64,000 bases of DNA from the NCBI GenBank assembly GCA_041743425.1, contig JBGTMS010000041.1:2107-66106 (forward strand). Reading direction: 5' to 3'. Below, one piece after another: positions 38,313 to 51,055 of this stretch. Both the position numbers and the translations under genes were made by a program. The notes below the pieces were generated by a model. That model was not told the origin of the DNA. It made no database searches and was given only the letters and a program-made list of their open reading frames with translations. Source of the stretch: Zeaxanthinibacter sp. Lineage in GTDB: Bacteria > Bacteroidota > Bacteroidia > Flavobacteriales > Flavobacteriaceae. How positions within the stretch are numbered: position 1 is the first letter of the stretch; every line of letters begins with the position of its first letter.

Positions 38313-39368
38313 ATGATATCAAAAATTGTCAGATGCATTCCTGTACTATTCTTTCTGTGTAGTAACCTGGCCTGCAATGAACGTAAGAAGTCCGAGCCAT
38401 CTGATTCTCCGGAGCCTGCGGAACTATTGCTCCCAGAATTGAGCGAAGGCAGTATTGAAGTAATTGATGAGCGCCTTTGGGAGGTGTTGCTTAAAGATGC
38501 TAAACTGGAGATAATTGCAGAGGGTCATGATTGGACCGAAGGGCCGCTATGGTTAGCCGAAAATGAACAATTACTTTATTCGGATATCCCCAGAAATGCG
38601 ATCTATTCCTGGAGGAAAGGAGAAAAGGCGCAACAATACCTGAAACCGTCCGGTTTCATGGGGAGCCAATTTGCCGGAGACGAGCCCGGGTCTAACGGCC
38701 TTCTTCTGAATTCAGATGGTAAACTAATTCTTTGCCAGCATGGCGAACGCCGGATTGCAATGATGGAAGCCCCATTGGATGCCCCAAGTCCTACATTCGT
38801 ATCCCTTGCAGCATCTTATGACGGTGAACGCCTGAACAGTCCGAACGACGCGGTCTACAATAAGAAGGGTGAACTTTTTTTTACCGATCCTCCCTATGGC
38901 CTCCCGAAACGTATGGAGGATCCCGCCAAGGAACTGGACTTCCAGGGAGTATATAAACAGGGAGCCGATGGGAATATCATACTGCTCACTAAAGAATTTT
39001 CTCGTCCTAATGGCATTGCTTTTTCACCCGATGAAAAGAGAATTTATATCGCTAATTCTGATCCGCAACAAGCCATCTGGAAAGTTTTTGAGATCACCCC
39101 TGATGGCAAACTGGGAACCGGAAAATTATTATACGATGCCACATCTTTGGTAGATGAGGAAAAAGGGCTCCCTGACGGGTTGAAAGTTCATTCAGGTGGT
39201 ACCATCTTTGCCACAGGTCCCGGAGGTGTGTTCCTCTTCTCACGGGAAGGAGTTTTACTTGGTAAAATTAAAACAGGGCAGGCTACCTCAAACTGCGCTT
39301 TCAATGAAGATGAGTCAGTTTTATTTATAACGGCTGACAGCTACGTCCTGCAATTGCGCCTGAAATGA
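38313..39368 (+). CDS. SMP-30/gluconolactonase/LRE-family lactonase, lipoprotein
   Basis: Signal or lipobox (FFLCSNLAC). Six-bladed propeller motifs are TEGPLW, SPNDAVYNKKGELFFTDP, RPNGIAFSPDEKRIYIANS and PDGLKV. Confidence 0.85.
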   Translation: MISKIVRCIPVLFFLCSNLACNERKKSEPSDSPEPAELLLPELSEGSIEVIDERLWEVLLKDAKLEIIAEGHDWTEGPLWLAENEQLLYSDIPRNAIYSWRKGEKAQQYLKPSGFMGSQFAGDEPGSNGLLLNSDGKLILCQHGERRIAMMEAPLDAPSPTFVSLAASYDGERLNSPNDAVYNKKGELFFTDPPYGLPKRMEDPAKELDFQGVYKQGADGNIILLTKEFSRPNGIAFSPDEKRIYIANSDPQQAIWKVFEITPDGKLGTGKLLYDATSLVDEEKGLPDGLKVHSGGTIFATGPGGVFLFSREGVLLGKIKTGQATSNCAFNEDESVLFITADSYVLQLRLK

Positions 39369-39523
39369 GGCATCACCCAATCCTTAGCGAGATTCCTTGG
39401 GTTGTCTTAGTTCCCTCTTTTAAGAAATGTTAGAACCATAAAATTGTTTGATTAAATTATTTACATTAGGGCGTTCCAAACAAAATAACCGGATATGAAT
39501 GTAGGTCTTCAAAGGAAGAAAGT

Positions 39524-40636
39524 ATGAACCAGGGACTTGTTACAGAGCGATTGTATTCTCTGGACGCCCTCCGGGGATTTGACATGTTCTGGATCATTGG
39601 GGCTGAGGAAATTTTTCACCATATGGCAGAAATAACAGCGGCGCCATTTTGGGAAGGTCTTTCCCATCAATTCATTCATCCCGACTGGCATGGTTTTGCC
39701 GCTTACGATCTGATATTTCCACTCTTTCTTTTTCTGGCCGGTGTTGCAACGCCCTTTTCAATCGGAAAACAACTGGAACGAGGAAAAAGCAGAAAAGAAC
39801 TTCTCGGCCGCGTTATCAAAAGAGGGCTCATTTTGGTAATCCTAGGGGTCATATACAATAACGGTCTGGAACTTAGACCCATAGAGGAGATACGATTTCC
39901 AAGTGTGTTGGGCCGAATCGGGCTTGCCTACATGTTCGCCAACATCATTTTCCTCTATACCACACAAAGAAGCCGGCTGTTATGGATTCCGGGCATACTT
40001 TTGGGGTACTGGATGTTACTCGCATTCAATTCAGCGCCAGGCTTTTCCATGGGGGATCTAACAATGGAGGGTAATTTCGTTTCCTACCTGGATCGAAGTA
40101 TACTTCCCGGGAAACTCTACCTGGGGATACATGATCCTGAAGGCCTGATCTCTACCATTCCCGCTATTGCAACGGCGCTTCTGGGAATTTTAACCGGAAA
40201 TCTTCTGAAAAATACAACACAAGACCAGCGTTCCCGCAGTGCTATAAGGCTCGTCTTTCTTGGCATCTTGCTTATAGCACTTGCCCAACTGTGGAGCCTT
40301 GTATTGCCAATCAACAAAAACTTATGGACCAGTTCCTTTACACTGCAGTGCGCAGGGATCAGTATGTTGCTTTTATCACTTTTCTACTATGTCATCGACA
40401 TTAAGGGATACAGGAAATGGGCATTTTTCTTTAGGGTTATCGGCATGAATTCAATTTTGATTTACATGTCGTCAGGGTTTATCAATTGGGGATATACAAC
40501 CCGGGCCTTTTTTGAGTGGCTGGCACAGCTGGTCGGCACACCTTATAATGCCGTGGTTCTGGTTTTGTGCAGCCTGGCCGTACAATGGGTTTTCCTGTAT
40601 ATCTTGTACAGGCAAAAATTATTTCTCCGGGTCTGA
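39524..40636 (+). CDS. DUF5009 / heparan-alpha-glucosaminide N-acetyltransferase-like integral membrane acyltransferase
   Basis: RLYSLDALRGFDMFWIIG N-terminal signature and about 10 TM helices. Confidence 0.75.
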   Translation: MNQGLVTERLYSLDALRGFDMFWIIGAEEIFHHMAEITAAPFWEGLSHQFIHPDWHGFAAYDLIFPLFLFLAGVATPFSIGKQLERGKSRKELLGRVIKRGLILVILGVIYNNGLELRPIEEIRFPSVLGRIGLAYMFANIIFLYTTQRSRLLWIPGILLGYWMLLAFNSAPGFSMGDLTMEGNFVSYLDRSILPGKLYLGIHDPEGLISTIPAIATALLGILTGNLLKNTTQDQRSRSAIRLVFLGILLIALAQLWSLVLPINKNLWTSSFTLQCAGISMLLLSLFYYVIDIKGYRKWAFFFRVIGMNSILIYMSSGFINWGYTTRAFFEWLAQLVGTPYNAVVLVLCSLAVQWVFLYILYRQKLFLRV

Positions 40637-40699
40637 TTCCATTGAAAGTACATATGTTTTCATGCCATAACAAAGCTGTTGTCAAGGGGCTGAAGCGCC

Positions 40700-41653
40700 C
40701 TACCAGGGATCAATCGACTGAAGATTTCGCCGACAAGTCTCGTATTCACTGACGAGGTCTGAGATAATCTGTGCCGCGGGTTTGATCGTATGTATAAGCG
40801 CAGATACCTGTCCGATTTCAAGTTCTCCTTCCTCCATATCCCCTTCGAACATCCCCTTTTTTGCACGGGCTCGGCCCAAAAGATTCCGTAGGTCATCAGG
40901 GCTTGCACAGCGGGCATATGCCTCCTGAATATCCCAGTAAAATTTATTCTTCATTAGTCGCACAGGGGCGAGTTCCTTTAGAGTGAGTTGTGTATCTCCC
41001 TCTCCTGCCTTGACAACGAGCTCCTTGAAAAGGTTATGGGAGGAGGCCTCATGGCTGGCGACAAAGCGACTGCCTACCTGCACCCCGTCCGCTCCCAGGG
41101 CGAAGGCGGCTGCCATGGCCTGACCTGTGGCGATCCCCCCTGCAGCGAGAAGCGGTAGATTTGTTCTTTCCCTGATCGACGGTACCAGAGTCATCGTAGT
41201 GGTTTCGTCTCTGCCATTATGCCCCCCTGCTTCAAAGCCTTCGGCAACAATGCCATCGACACCGGCCGTTTCCGCCTTGAGAGCAAACTTAAGACTGCTA
41301 ACCACATGAACTACCGTTGTCTGACGACTTTTGAGAAAGGCAGTCCAGGTAGCGGGATTCCCTGCGGAGGTAAATACGATCCGCACCCCGGTTGATACTA
41401 TTATTTCCATTAGTTTTTCAGCGTCCGGATATAAAAGCGGAACATTCACCCCGAAGGGCTTATCTGTCGCAGCCTGGCATTTAATAATATGCTCTCTGAG
41501 CACTTCAGGATACATACTCCCTGACCCGATCATTCCGAGGCCTCCTGCATTGGACACGGCTGAGGCGAGACGCCAGCCACTCGCCCAGACCATTCCGGCC
41601 TGAACAATAGGATACTTCGTTTGAAAGAGGGCTGTAACTTTGTTTTGCATCAA
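40700..41653 (-). CDS. Nitronate monooxygenase (2-nitropropane dioxygenase) family FMN oxidoreductase
   Basis: KYPIVQAGMVWASGWRLASAVSNAGGLGMIG and EGFEAGGH motifs, on a TIM-barrel FMN enzyme pattern. Confidence 0.85.
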   Translation of the reverse strand: MMQNKVTALFQTKYPIVQAGMVWASGWRLASAVSNAGGLGMIGSGSMYPEVLREHIIKCQAATDKPFGVNVPLLYPDAEKLMEIIVSTGVRIVFTSAGNPATWTAFLKSRQTTVVHVVSSLKFALKAETAGVDGIVAEGFEAGGHNGRDETTTMTLVPSIRERTNLPLLAAGGIATGQAMAAAFALGADGVQVGSRFVASHEASSHNLFKELVVKAGEGDTQLTLKELAPVRLMKNKFYWDIQEAYARCASPDDLRNLLGRARAKKGMFEGDMEEGELEIGQVSALIHTIKPAAQIISDLVSEYETCRRNLQSIDPW

Positions 41654-41704
41654 TCTCTTGTGTCGGGCTTAACAATCGCTGAGAGGTTTTTATGTAATTG
41701 CGGC

Positions 41705-42895
41705 TCAACCAATGACACCGGATCCGATAAGTTCCTCACTGTGATACCATGCGACAAACTGTCCTTCTGCGATCGCGGTTTGAGCACAATCGAAATCGAC
41801 ATACATCCCACCTTCAATTTTAAATAAGGTAGCCCGCTGTAGCGGCTGCCTGTAACGGATTCGGGCTTTCACTTCCATGGATTGATCCTCGATGAGAGCA
41901 AGGTCAGTACGGATCCAGTGAAGATCATTGTCGGCCACAAAAAGGGTTCTCCTTAACAAGCCCGGGTGCTGTTTTCCCTGCCCTGTATAAATAATATTAT
42001 CGGCCACATCGGTTTTGATCACAAAGAGGGGTTCTTTTTTACCCCCTACATCGAGACCTTTCCGCTGCCCAATAGTAAAGTAATGTGCTCCCTGATGTTC
42101 ACCAACAACCTTGCCGTCGGTCAGCACATATGTATTTTTTTCCGCAAAGAATGCCAGTTCCTCCACTTTGGTCCGGAACTCAGGCACCGATTTCTGATAG
42201 TGGATATTGTCCGACGGAATTTCAACGATAGGACCTTTCTTTGAGGCCAGTTGTTGTTGCAGAAAGTCAGGAAGGCGTACCTTTCCTATAAAGCATAATC
42301 CCTGAGAATCCTTTTTGTCTGCAGTAATTAACCCATTTTCAGCAGCAATCCGGCGTACTTCAGGCTTGGTGAGATGTCCAATGGGAAAGAGGGTCGCGGC
42401 TAATTGTTGCTGGGATAACTGACACAGGAAGTAGGATTGATCTTTATTCCCGTCAACGCCCGTCAATAATCTGTGGACCGCATTGCCATCAGCCAGCATT
42501 TGGGTGTCTTTCCTGCAATAGTGTCCGGTAGCCACAAAGTCGGCCCCCAGTTCCAGGGCCAGTTTCAGGAAAACATCAAACTTGATCTCCCTGTTACAAA
42601 GCACATCCGGATTGGGTGTTCGCCCACTTTGGTATTCCCTGAACATATAGTCTACTATCCGTTCGCGGTATACTTTGCTCAGATCAATGGTCTGAAAGGG
42701 GATCCCCAGCTTCTCTGCCACTATAAGGGCATCATTACTGTCCTCAAGCCAGGGGCATTCTCCGGAAATAGTTACAGAATCGTCATGCCAGTTCTTCATA
42801 AACAGTCCAATCACCTCATACCCCTGTGACTTCAGCAGATAAGCGGCAACACTACTATCAACACCTCCTGAGAGACCGACAACAACTTTTTTCAT
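41705..42895 (-). CDS. mnmA: tRNA 2-thiouridine(34) synthase
   Basis: PP-loop [16 protein letters not shown], catalytic Cys contexts ([20 protein letters not shown]) and full-length MnmA architecture. Confidence 0.95.
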   Translation of the reverse strand: MKKVVVGLSGGVDSSVAAYLLKSQGYEVIGLFMKNWHDDSVTISGECPWLEDSNDALIVAEKLGIPFQTIDLSKVYRERIVDYMFREYQSGRTPNPDVLCNREIKFDVFLKLALELGADFVATGHYCRKDTQMLADGNAVHRLLTGVDGNKDQSYFLCQLSQQQLAATLFPIGHLTKPEVRRIAAENGLITADKKDSQGLCFIGKVRLPDFLQQQLASKKGPIVEIPSDNIHYQKSVPEFRTKVEELAFFAEKNTYVLTDGKVVGEHQGAHYFTIGQRKGLDVGGKKEPLFVIKTDVADNIIYTGQGKQHPGLLRRTLFVADNDLHWIRTDLALIEDQSMEVKARIRYRQPLQRATLFKIEGGMYVDFDCAQTAIAEGQFVAWYHSEELIGSGVIG

Positions 42896-42911
42896 TAGAT
42901 AGAATGTATGT

Positions 42912-42919
42912 CAAAAATA
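42912..42919 (-). promoter_or_regulatory. -7 promoter box (TATTTTTG on the minus strand) upstream of mnmA
   Basis: Exact TAnnTTTG match ending about 17 nt before the mnmA ATG (42895-42893). Confidence 0.35.
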
Positions 42920-43152
42920 CGAAATTCAGAAGGAGGACGGTAGGGCAGCTATAAGCGAAAAATGGATAACATCAGGATTGCCTGGGTTGGCATACATAAC
43001 GGGGAACTTTACAACTATTCTTTTTTTGAGAGGCAGATTATATGCAATTTAGCAGTCCCAAATCTTACCAAACATAACCCAGCCAACGGTGAAACCCTGA
43101 GATCTGACACCCATCGATCCGGGGTTTTCTATTTATAGCCCGCTCTATTCTT

Positions 43153-45000
43153 TTAGCGCTTCCCGGAGTTCTTTTGCGCCTCGGCCTGTTCCATTAACTC
43201 ACGCATTTTGCGTTGGAATTTATTTTCCTTTTTGGGTTTCAGTTTATTTTCCTGTATCTGTGCGTGTATCTTATCTTCATCAAGGATGAATTTTTTGATG
43301 GCCAGCATGATGAAAATGGTGATCAGATTCGAAATAAAGTAATACAAACTGAGACCACTGGCGTAATTATTAAAGAAAAACAGCATCATCAGCGGAGAAA
43401 GGTACATGATGAATTTCATATTCGGCATGCCCGGCTGGGTTTGCATACTCTGACCGGTCGTCATCATCATATAAAAGAAGATGGCAATTGAGGCGAGAAT
43501 GGGAAACAGGCTCACATGGTCGCCATAAAAAGGAATGCTGAACGGCAGATGTGCTATGGTATCATAAGAAGCCAGATCATCAGCCCATAGAAAAGGTTTT
43601 TGTCTCAATGCGAAGGAAGTAGGAAAGAACATGAAAAGGGCGTAAAAGATAGGCAATTGCAACAAGGCTGGGACACAACCGCTCATAGGACTCACCCCGG
43701 CCTTATTGTAAAGCTTCATGGTCTCCTGTTGTTTTTTCATCGCATTATCCTTGTATTTCTCGCCCAATTCCGTAATCTCCGGTTTGAGCACTTTCATTTT
43801 TGCCTGGGAAAGGTAGGATTTGTATGTCACTGGAGACATGACCAGTCGCACGATGATCGTCATTACAATAATCGCGATCCCGTAAGGCAGAAATGAAATA
43901 AGCAAGGTGTAAAAGCTGGTAAAAATGTATCGGTTGATCCATCCGAAAATCCCCCAACCAAAGGGAATTGAGTCGGCAAGTCCCAGTTCCTTGTATCTGT
44001 CAAGTTCCTTGATATCGGTCGGCCCGTAATACCAATGCATGTCGTAGTCGAGTTCCCCACCGTCCAGCGCGAGGGGTATGTTGGCTGCATATTCCTTTGT
44101 AAATTTAGCAGCATCATCATCCTCTGCGAGATTTTTAGAGCTGAGTTGCGCATTTGCAAAGAGCTTCTCGCTTGCAAGGATAGAGCTGAAGAAATGCTGG
44201 CGATAAGAGAGCCATTTTACCGCTTCCTCAGTTTCTTCATCATCACTGCCTTCAGACAATTTACTGATTTTTCCGTCTTCATAATTATACGTAAGCCTGG
44301 TATAACGGTTTTCATATTGCACACTCTTACTGTGCCTGATACCCCGAAGTTGCCAGTTGAGTTGTATGGGTTGGCCGGCATTAACCATTCCGCTCAGCCC
44401 CTGGGTTCGCACTTTAAAATCCAGGAGGTATTCGCCGGGTTTCATCTCATACTGATACTCAAGATACTGGTCCGGGGCAACTTTTGCCTTCATTGAGAGG
44501 ATCTGGTTCTCTCCGCTTTTGGCCAAAGTAGGTTCAAAGTACAGGTTTTTGGTATGAAGCACCCGGTTATCGTTTGTTGTAAACTGAAGGTCAAAAGAGG
44601 CATTTCCTTCACGGACCAAATGGACCGGCACGGAATCAAAAGTCACGTAGTCCTTCATTCTGGCTTCAACCACCTGACCTCCCTTGTTACTAATCCGAAG
44701 GAAGAGCACTTCATTTTCCAGAGTAGTTATTTCAGGAGAGGCTTTGGTAAAGCTGAAGTCGCCGATGGTTTTGTTATAGGCTGCAACGGCTGTCGAGTCA
44801 TTGAGGTCTATGGAGTCTTCTTCAGAAAGCTTCGAAGATGGCGTTGGATTTTCATTCTCTTCCTGCCGGGTAACTTGTTCTTTTTTCTGCGCTTCTGCTT
44901 CTTCAGGGGTAGGTTGATTCGTGTAGAACCAAAAAATGAGGATCGCGAAAATCAGCATAAATCCGATGATCGAATTAATATCCAGTTTTTTTTCTTCCAT
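43153..45000 (-). CDS. yidC: Membrane protein insertase YidC
   Basis: 615 aa with an N-terminal TM helix, a large periplasmic P1 domain and a C-terminal 5-TM 60-kDa insertase core (GWGIFGWINRYI, PMSGCVPALLQLPIF). It lies directly downstream of pyrG. Confidence 0.92.
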   Translation of the reverse strand: MEEKKLDINSIIGFMLIFAILIFWFYTNQPTPEEAEAQKKEQVTRQEENENPTPSSKLSEEDSIDLNDSTAVAAYNKTIGDFSFTKASPEITTLENEVLFLRISNKGGQVVEARMKDYVTFDSVPVHLVREGNASFDLQFTTNDNRVLHTKNLYFEPTLAKSGENQILSMKAKVAPDQYLEYQYEMKPGEYLLDFKVRTQGLSGMVNAGQPIQLNWQLRGIRHSKSVQYENRYTRLTYNYEDGKISKLSEGSDDEETEEAVKWLSYRQHFFSSILASEKLFANAQLSSKNLAEDDDAAKFTKEYAANIPLALDGGELDYDMHWYYGPTDIKELDRYKELGLADSIPFGWGIFGWINRYIFTSFYTLLISFLPYGIAIIVMTIIVRLVMSPVTYKSYLSQAKMKVLKPEITELGEKYKDNAMKKQQETMKLYNKAGVSPMSGCVPALLQLPIFYALFMFFPTSFALRQKPFLWADDLASYDTIAHLPFSIPFYGDHVSLFPILASIAIFFYMMMTTGQSMQTQPGMPNMKFIMYLSPLMMLFFFNNYASGLSLYYFISNLITIFIMLAIKKFILDEDKIHAQIQENKLKPKKENKFQRKMRELMEQAEAQKNSGKR

Positions 45001-45074
45001 CTAATACTCTATTGAAGACCTGCCCGAGGTATTGCAACGGGCGGATCGGATAATTTTATTGGCTTATGGGGCTG

Positions 45075-45082
45075 CAAATATA
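45075..45082 (-). promoter_or_regulatory. -7 promoter box (TATATTTG on the minus strand) between pyrG and yidC
   Basis: Exact TAnnTTTG match about 75 nt upstream of the yidC ATG. Confidence 0.3.
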
Positions 45083-45099
45083 TGCCCAATTGTGCAGTT

Positions 45100-46746
<1,647 letters not shown>

Positions 46747-47007
46747 CTATGTTACGGGAGTTAAAGATACGAATTGCGCAAAGAAATCGCAGCTAATACG
46801 TAGAATACTTTTAAAATCGGAAGGTCTGCCGGCAGGGGTTGCCGTAGTGTTAGGGCAAGTGTACAGGGCACAACGCCAATTATCTGGCATCAGTTTGTAT
46901 GTGGATTTGCCCGGGAAAGGACAAGCCAGTGGTTAAATGTTCCTATCGTTTTCCGTTGGGGCTTCAAACGAAATCGATTATATTTAGTATCTGCAAAACA
47001 TCAGAAC

Positions 47008-47877
47008 ATGAAACGTAGATCATTTATCAGTGCCACAGCAGCCGCTTCGGTAGGGGCGTTGTCAACCACAACGGTTACAGCGATGCCCGCTATGGGGACA
47101 AACCCTTTCAAATTAAAAGGAAATATCAACCACAGTGCCTGCTTCTGGTGCTATAATCCCATTCCGCTGGAGGATTTTCTTGTGAGTCTGAAAGGACTTG
47201 GCATACCGGCTATCGATCTGGTAGGCCCCGACGACTGGCCATTACTTAAAAAGCATGGCATTCATGCCTCTATGTGCTGGGGAGCCCAGATCAACCTTAC
47301 CGAAGGGTTTAATGATCCTCAATATCACGAGGTCCTCATTAAAAATTACACAGAAATGATTCCCAAGGTCGCAGAAGCAGGGTATAAGAACCTCATTTGT
47401 TTTAGCGGAAACCGCAACGGTATGGACGATACTACAGGCTTAAAAAACTGCGCCGCCGGCCTTAAGAAAATCATGCCTGTTGCGGCGGAACATGGTATTG
47501 TGGTACAGATGGAATTGCTGAATTCAAAAGTGGATCATAAGGACTATATGTGCGACCATGCTCCGTGGGGAGTAGCGCTCTGTGAAGAAGTGGGTTCCGA
47601 AAATTTCAAACTTCTTTACGACATATACCACATGCAGATCATGGAGGGCGATGTGATCCGCACCATTCAGGATCACCATGCTTATTTCGGACATTATCAC
47701 ACAGGTGGCAATCCCGGCAGGCATGAGATAAATGAAACTCAGGAACTCTATTATCCTGCTATCATGAAGGCGATCATAGCAACTGGCTTTAAAGGTCATG
47801 TGGCCCAGGAGTTCGTACCGACATGGGAGGATAAGATCGCGGCGCTGAAAGAAGGGGTGACAATTTGCGATGTGTAG
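47008..47877 (+). CDS. TAT-exported xylose-isomerase-like TIM-barrel protein (hydroxypyruvate isomerase / sugar phosphate isomerase-epimerase family)
   Basis: Twin-arginine signal MKRRSFISATAAASVGAL, and the metal-binding AP-endonuclease-2/TIM pattern (MELLNS, YDIYHMQIMEGD, HVAQEF). Confidence 0.85.
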   Translation: MKRRSFISATAAASVGALSTTTVTAMPAMGTNPFKLKGNINHSACFWCYNPIPLEDFLVSLKGLGIPAIDLVGPDDWPLLKKHGIHASMCWGAQINLTEGFNDPQYHEVLIKNYTEMIPKVAEAGYKNLICFSGNRNGMDDTTGLKNCAAGLKKIMPVAAEHGIVVQMELLNSKVDHKDYMCDHAPWGVALCEEVGSENFKLLYDIYHMQIMEGDVIRTIQDHHAYFGHYHTGGNPGRHEINETQELYYPAIMKAIIATGFKGHVAQEFVPTWEDKIAALKEGVTICDV

Positions 47878-47985
47878 GGTTATACCCGGAGTTCAGCAGA
47901 ATAAATTGAAATGTATTCAGAAAACATTTTTGTGCTTATAATGTTGATCTGCATGCATCCGTGACGAACGGTCCGTAAGTAATTA

Positions 47986-48516
47986 TTAATCCTTCAGAGC
48001 CTCCGCAATCTTGCGGTTCCATAGTTTTTGCTGTTCGCGGTCTCTGGAATAGTTGGTTTCTTCATCATAGATCTCCTGAAATTCAGCCAATTCCTTATTG
48101 ATCTGTTTGAAAATGGTTTGTACTTCCGCCTTAACATTACGGGTGAACCTCTTTTCATTCAAAATACTTCGGAATTTACGGGCAAACAACTCGGAAATAT
48201 CAAAGTGGAGCTGTTCATGGCTTAGGACCACCGAATCGCAAACATCCGGCTGATACCAGGACTTATCCGGGTAAAAATAGGTGCTTACCGAAAAGTCAAG
48301 TGAAAGGCCTTCTTCATCATCCCTGGTAGAAAATTCATAGCTGATACCGCTGGCCGTAATCGCGGCAATGCCCGACCTGGAAGCCGGTCTGGCTTTAAAA
48401 TCCGGCCACGACAGTTTTAGTCCGGGCTTCCAAATGATCGCTTCCTGCTCCTGTCCAAAGCCATATGCAAAGGTTATCAGAGCAACAAGAAAGAGCAGAA
48501 TTCTTATTGGTGCCAA
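47986..48516 (-). CDS. DUF922 domain protein (putative Zn-dependent peptidase-like)
   Basis: Signal peptide and the HEQLHFDI (HExxH-like) motif characteristic of DUF922. Its start overlaps the osmC stop by 13 nt. Confidence 0.7.
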   Translation of the reverse strand: MAPIRILLFLVALITFAYGFGQEQEAIIWKPGLKLSWPDFKARPASRSGIAAITASGISYEFSTRDDEEGLSLDFSVSTYFYPDKSWYQPDVCDSVVLSHEQLHFDISELFARKFRSILNEKRFTRNVKAEVQTIFKQINKELAEFQEIYDEETNYSRDREQQKLWNRKIAEALKD

Positions 48517-48908
48517 TGGAAAGTGATATCACATTTAATATCCGGATGCAGACTTTGAAACACCGGACAAGTGTTGGCGCTGTTTTCAAGTATTTTCCGG
48601 TTTTTCTCAGAAACAACTGCCGGAAGTTGAAGAACGATAGCTATGCCGGATATCCTGCGTGGATCTGCCGCCATGTACTTGGTAACCTCAGCCGTAGAAT
48701 TTTTAAGTTCCACCTCCATACTCCTTGCCTTGATTCCCATAATGGTCAACATACAACAGGCAAGCGCTGTGGCTACAGTATCGGTCGGCGAGAATGCCTG
48801 CCCAAGTCCATTGTTGTCCCTAGGAGCATCTGTAATAAATTCGTTGCCGGAAGCAAGATGTACACTGGTCGTTCTGAGCTCTCCAGTATATGTTACCCTC
48901 GAGGTCAT
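48504..48908 (-). CDS. OsmC-family peroxiredoxin-like protein
   Basis: 134 aa with two conserved Cys contexts (ALACCMLTIMG, NTCPVFQSL) typical of OsmC/Ohr. Confidence 0.85.
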   Translation of the reverse strand: MTSRVTYTGELRTTSVHLASGNEFITDAPRDNNGLGQAFSPTDTVATALACCMLTIMGIKARSMEVELKNSTAEVTKYMAADPRRISGIAIVLQLPAVVSEKNRKILENSANTCPVFQSLHPDIKCDITFHWHQ

Positions 48909-48910
48909 AA

Positions 48911-51055
48911 TTATGGTGTTACTTCTTTAATATACATGCTGTCATAAGTCATAATATAGGCCGCCGTATTGTAATATCCGGAGGATGGATTTTTGACATA
49001 GTCAAATTTATTTCCGGAATACTCCGTGACCCCGACAAATTCGGAAGCATCAAAAAGGCTGGCCTTGTAGGCCAGTTTGAGAAGGAGGTCAAAGGTAATG
49101 TCAAAGCCGCGGACGGCATACCTGTCCGGGGCGCTGCCCCACTTATCCTGATATCTCTTTATAAAACTATTACTCCCGGACTCCCTGTAGGCTGAAGGGT
49201 AGGTGAACTTTAAATTGGAGAGATGCGTAGTGGAGATCACATCATTTTCAAAGGCCTTGTTCTTGTTGGTGGTAAACATACGTATTCTGACCTTTTCAGA
49301 GGTGGCTGAATTGAGGATGGAGGTAACTCCCGGTACCAACTGCACATTGTCACTTTCTACAAAAATCCAGTTCTCAACTTCTTCTGACAGCATTTCTGTC
49401 AGTTTCTCAAGGTCGATGGAAATATTTTTTTCCTCTTCCTTGACTTCTATAATTTTTGCCTGGGGAAACTTGGCGATGATTTGTTGAGAAGCCCCATTGT
49501 TGTTCTCATCGGCTATGATGATCATATTCTGATCTGCGACTACATTTTCCATGTAACCCAGCATGTGGCCCCTTAAAATGGTATCGGCAGGAATGGTGAA
49601 AAATACATTTGCCAGGCTGATTTCACTATCCGAGCTGATGGGCGCAATAACAGGCACCTTATATTGAGCTGCCTGCACAGCCACCTCATTCAGGGATTTT
49701 TGGTCAAGTGGCCCGATGATGGCGCTTACCCCGTTAAAACGCTCCTGTCTTAGAATCGATTTTACATGATCCAGACTCAATTGGGTATCAATTGTTTTGA
49801 CGTCTACGGAAACGCCCAGGTCAGCAATGGAATCAAGGGCGACCAGAGCACCGGCATAGAGGCCGAGACTGTATTTCACTGCGTTGCTGCGTTCAATCGC
49901 ATTAATCGTGCTTTCTTTATCTTCTAAATTGATTTTATCCAGGCGGAATGGCAGTAAAAAAACCAATTTCGGTTTATGACCGACATGGATGCTGTCCTTC
50001 AGATTGATCTTGTCAAGTACGAGCGAATTTTTGACCTCAAGATCCACGGCCTTCGCCTTGGGCAGTTTAATCACCATACCCGCTTTTAATCCTCTCGACA
50101 GTTCGGGGTTTAGTCGTGTTAATTCCCTCCAGGTTATTCCCAGACTTCGGGTAATAGTGTATTCGGTCTGCTTTGGTTTAACTTCATAAAATATGTAGTT
50201 GTCCGTATTTATTTCTCCTGTTTCCACCCCTCTTTTAGGCAACCGGATCACCATCCCCTCCTTTAAGCCATTCCGCTCTGCAATCTCCGGGTTCAGCCGT
50301 ACGATCTCTTCCCCAGATATTCCGTATTCCTGGCTCAGGCTGTATAATGTTTTCTTGGGCGGTACAGTGTAGGAATCATAAAGCTGCACCTGCTGCCCTT
50401 CCACAGTGGATCCGGCAATTTTAGGAAGCATTAGTTCCTGACCTACCGCCAGGTAATTCGTGGTCTCAGGTAAGGAAGGGTTCAGCGCCAGCAGACTATC
50501 TATAGAAATTCCATGTTTGTTGACGATGCTCCATCGGGTCTCCTTTGGCTGTACAGTATAGCTTATAAGATCTCCTGAGTCCGTCATAGGATCGCCCTGC
50601 GCAGATTTTTTATACCTGGGTACTCTCAGAACCATTTTTTTCATTAACGGTTCGGAGTAGAGCGATCGGTTATACCTTTTGAGTTCCTCCTCCGAAACAC
50701 TGTATCTGCTGGCAATTGCGTAAAGTGTCTCATCATTCCTGACTCGATGAGAAGTGAAGCCTATGGGCTCGCGGTCTCTACTCTCCGTGGTATCGGCAGG
50801 TGTACTTGCCGGCTTAGCTGCAGAAGGCACTACCAGCATCGTATTTGGTTGGAGGGTGTCTGCTGATGAAAGTTCCCGGTTGTACCGAAGGATGTCTTCC
50901 GGAGTAACGTTGTACATCCGCGCGATACTGCTCAGGGTCTCTCCTCTTTTTACCTGATGTGTTGTCAGTGCCTGTGCGGTTGCTTTACAACCCATGTTCA
51001 TCACCAGAAGGAGTATATACAGATAGCTGAAAAATCGTTTCATAATTATTCCCAT
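48911..51055 (-). CDS. Exported protein with multiple LysM peptidoglycan-binding repeats and a C-terminal type-1 periplasmic-binding-protein-like domain
   Basis: At least four LysM units, for example [54 protein letters not shown] and [22 protein letters not shown]-like domain follows. The alternative start MKRFF at 51043 would remove the 10-nt overlap with guaA. Confidence 0.85.
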   Translation of the reverse strand: MGIIMKRFFSYLYILLLVMNMGCKATAQALTTHQVKRGETLSSIARMYNVTPEDILRYNRELSSADTLQPNTMLVVPSAAKPASTPADTTESRDREPIGFTSHRVRNDETLYAIASRYSVSEEELKRYNRSLYSEPLMKKMVLRVPRYKKSAQGDPMTDSGDLISYTVQPKETRWSIVNKHGISIDSLLALNPSLPETTNYLAVGQELMLPKIAGSTVEGQQVQLYDSYTVPPKKTLYSLSQEYGISGEEIVRLNPEIAERNGLKEGMVIRLPKRGVETGEINTDNYIFYEVKPKQTEYTITRSLGITWRELTRLNPELSRGLKAGMVIKLPKAKAVDLEVKNSLVLDKINLKDSIHVGHKPKLVFLLPFRLDKINLEDKESTINAIERSNAVKYSLGLYAGALVALDSIADLGVSVDVKTIDTQLSLDHVKSILRQERFNGVSAIIGPLDQKSLNEVAVQAAQYKVPVIAPISSDSEISLANVFFTIPADTILRGHMLGYMENVVADQNMIIIADENNNGASQQIIAKFPQAKIIEVKEEEKNISIDLEKLTEMLSEEVENWIFVESDNVQLVPGVTSILNSATSEKVRIRMFTTNKNKAFENDVISTTHLSNLKFTYPSAYRESGSNSFIKRYQDKWGSAPDRYAVRGFDITFDLLLKLAYKASLFDASEFVGVTEYSGNKFDYVKNPSSGYYNTAAYIMTYDSMYIKEVTP

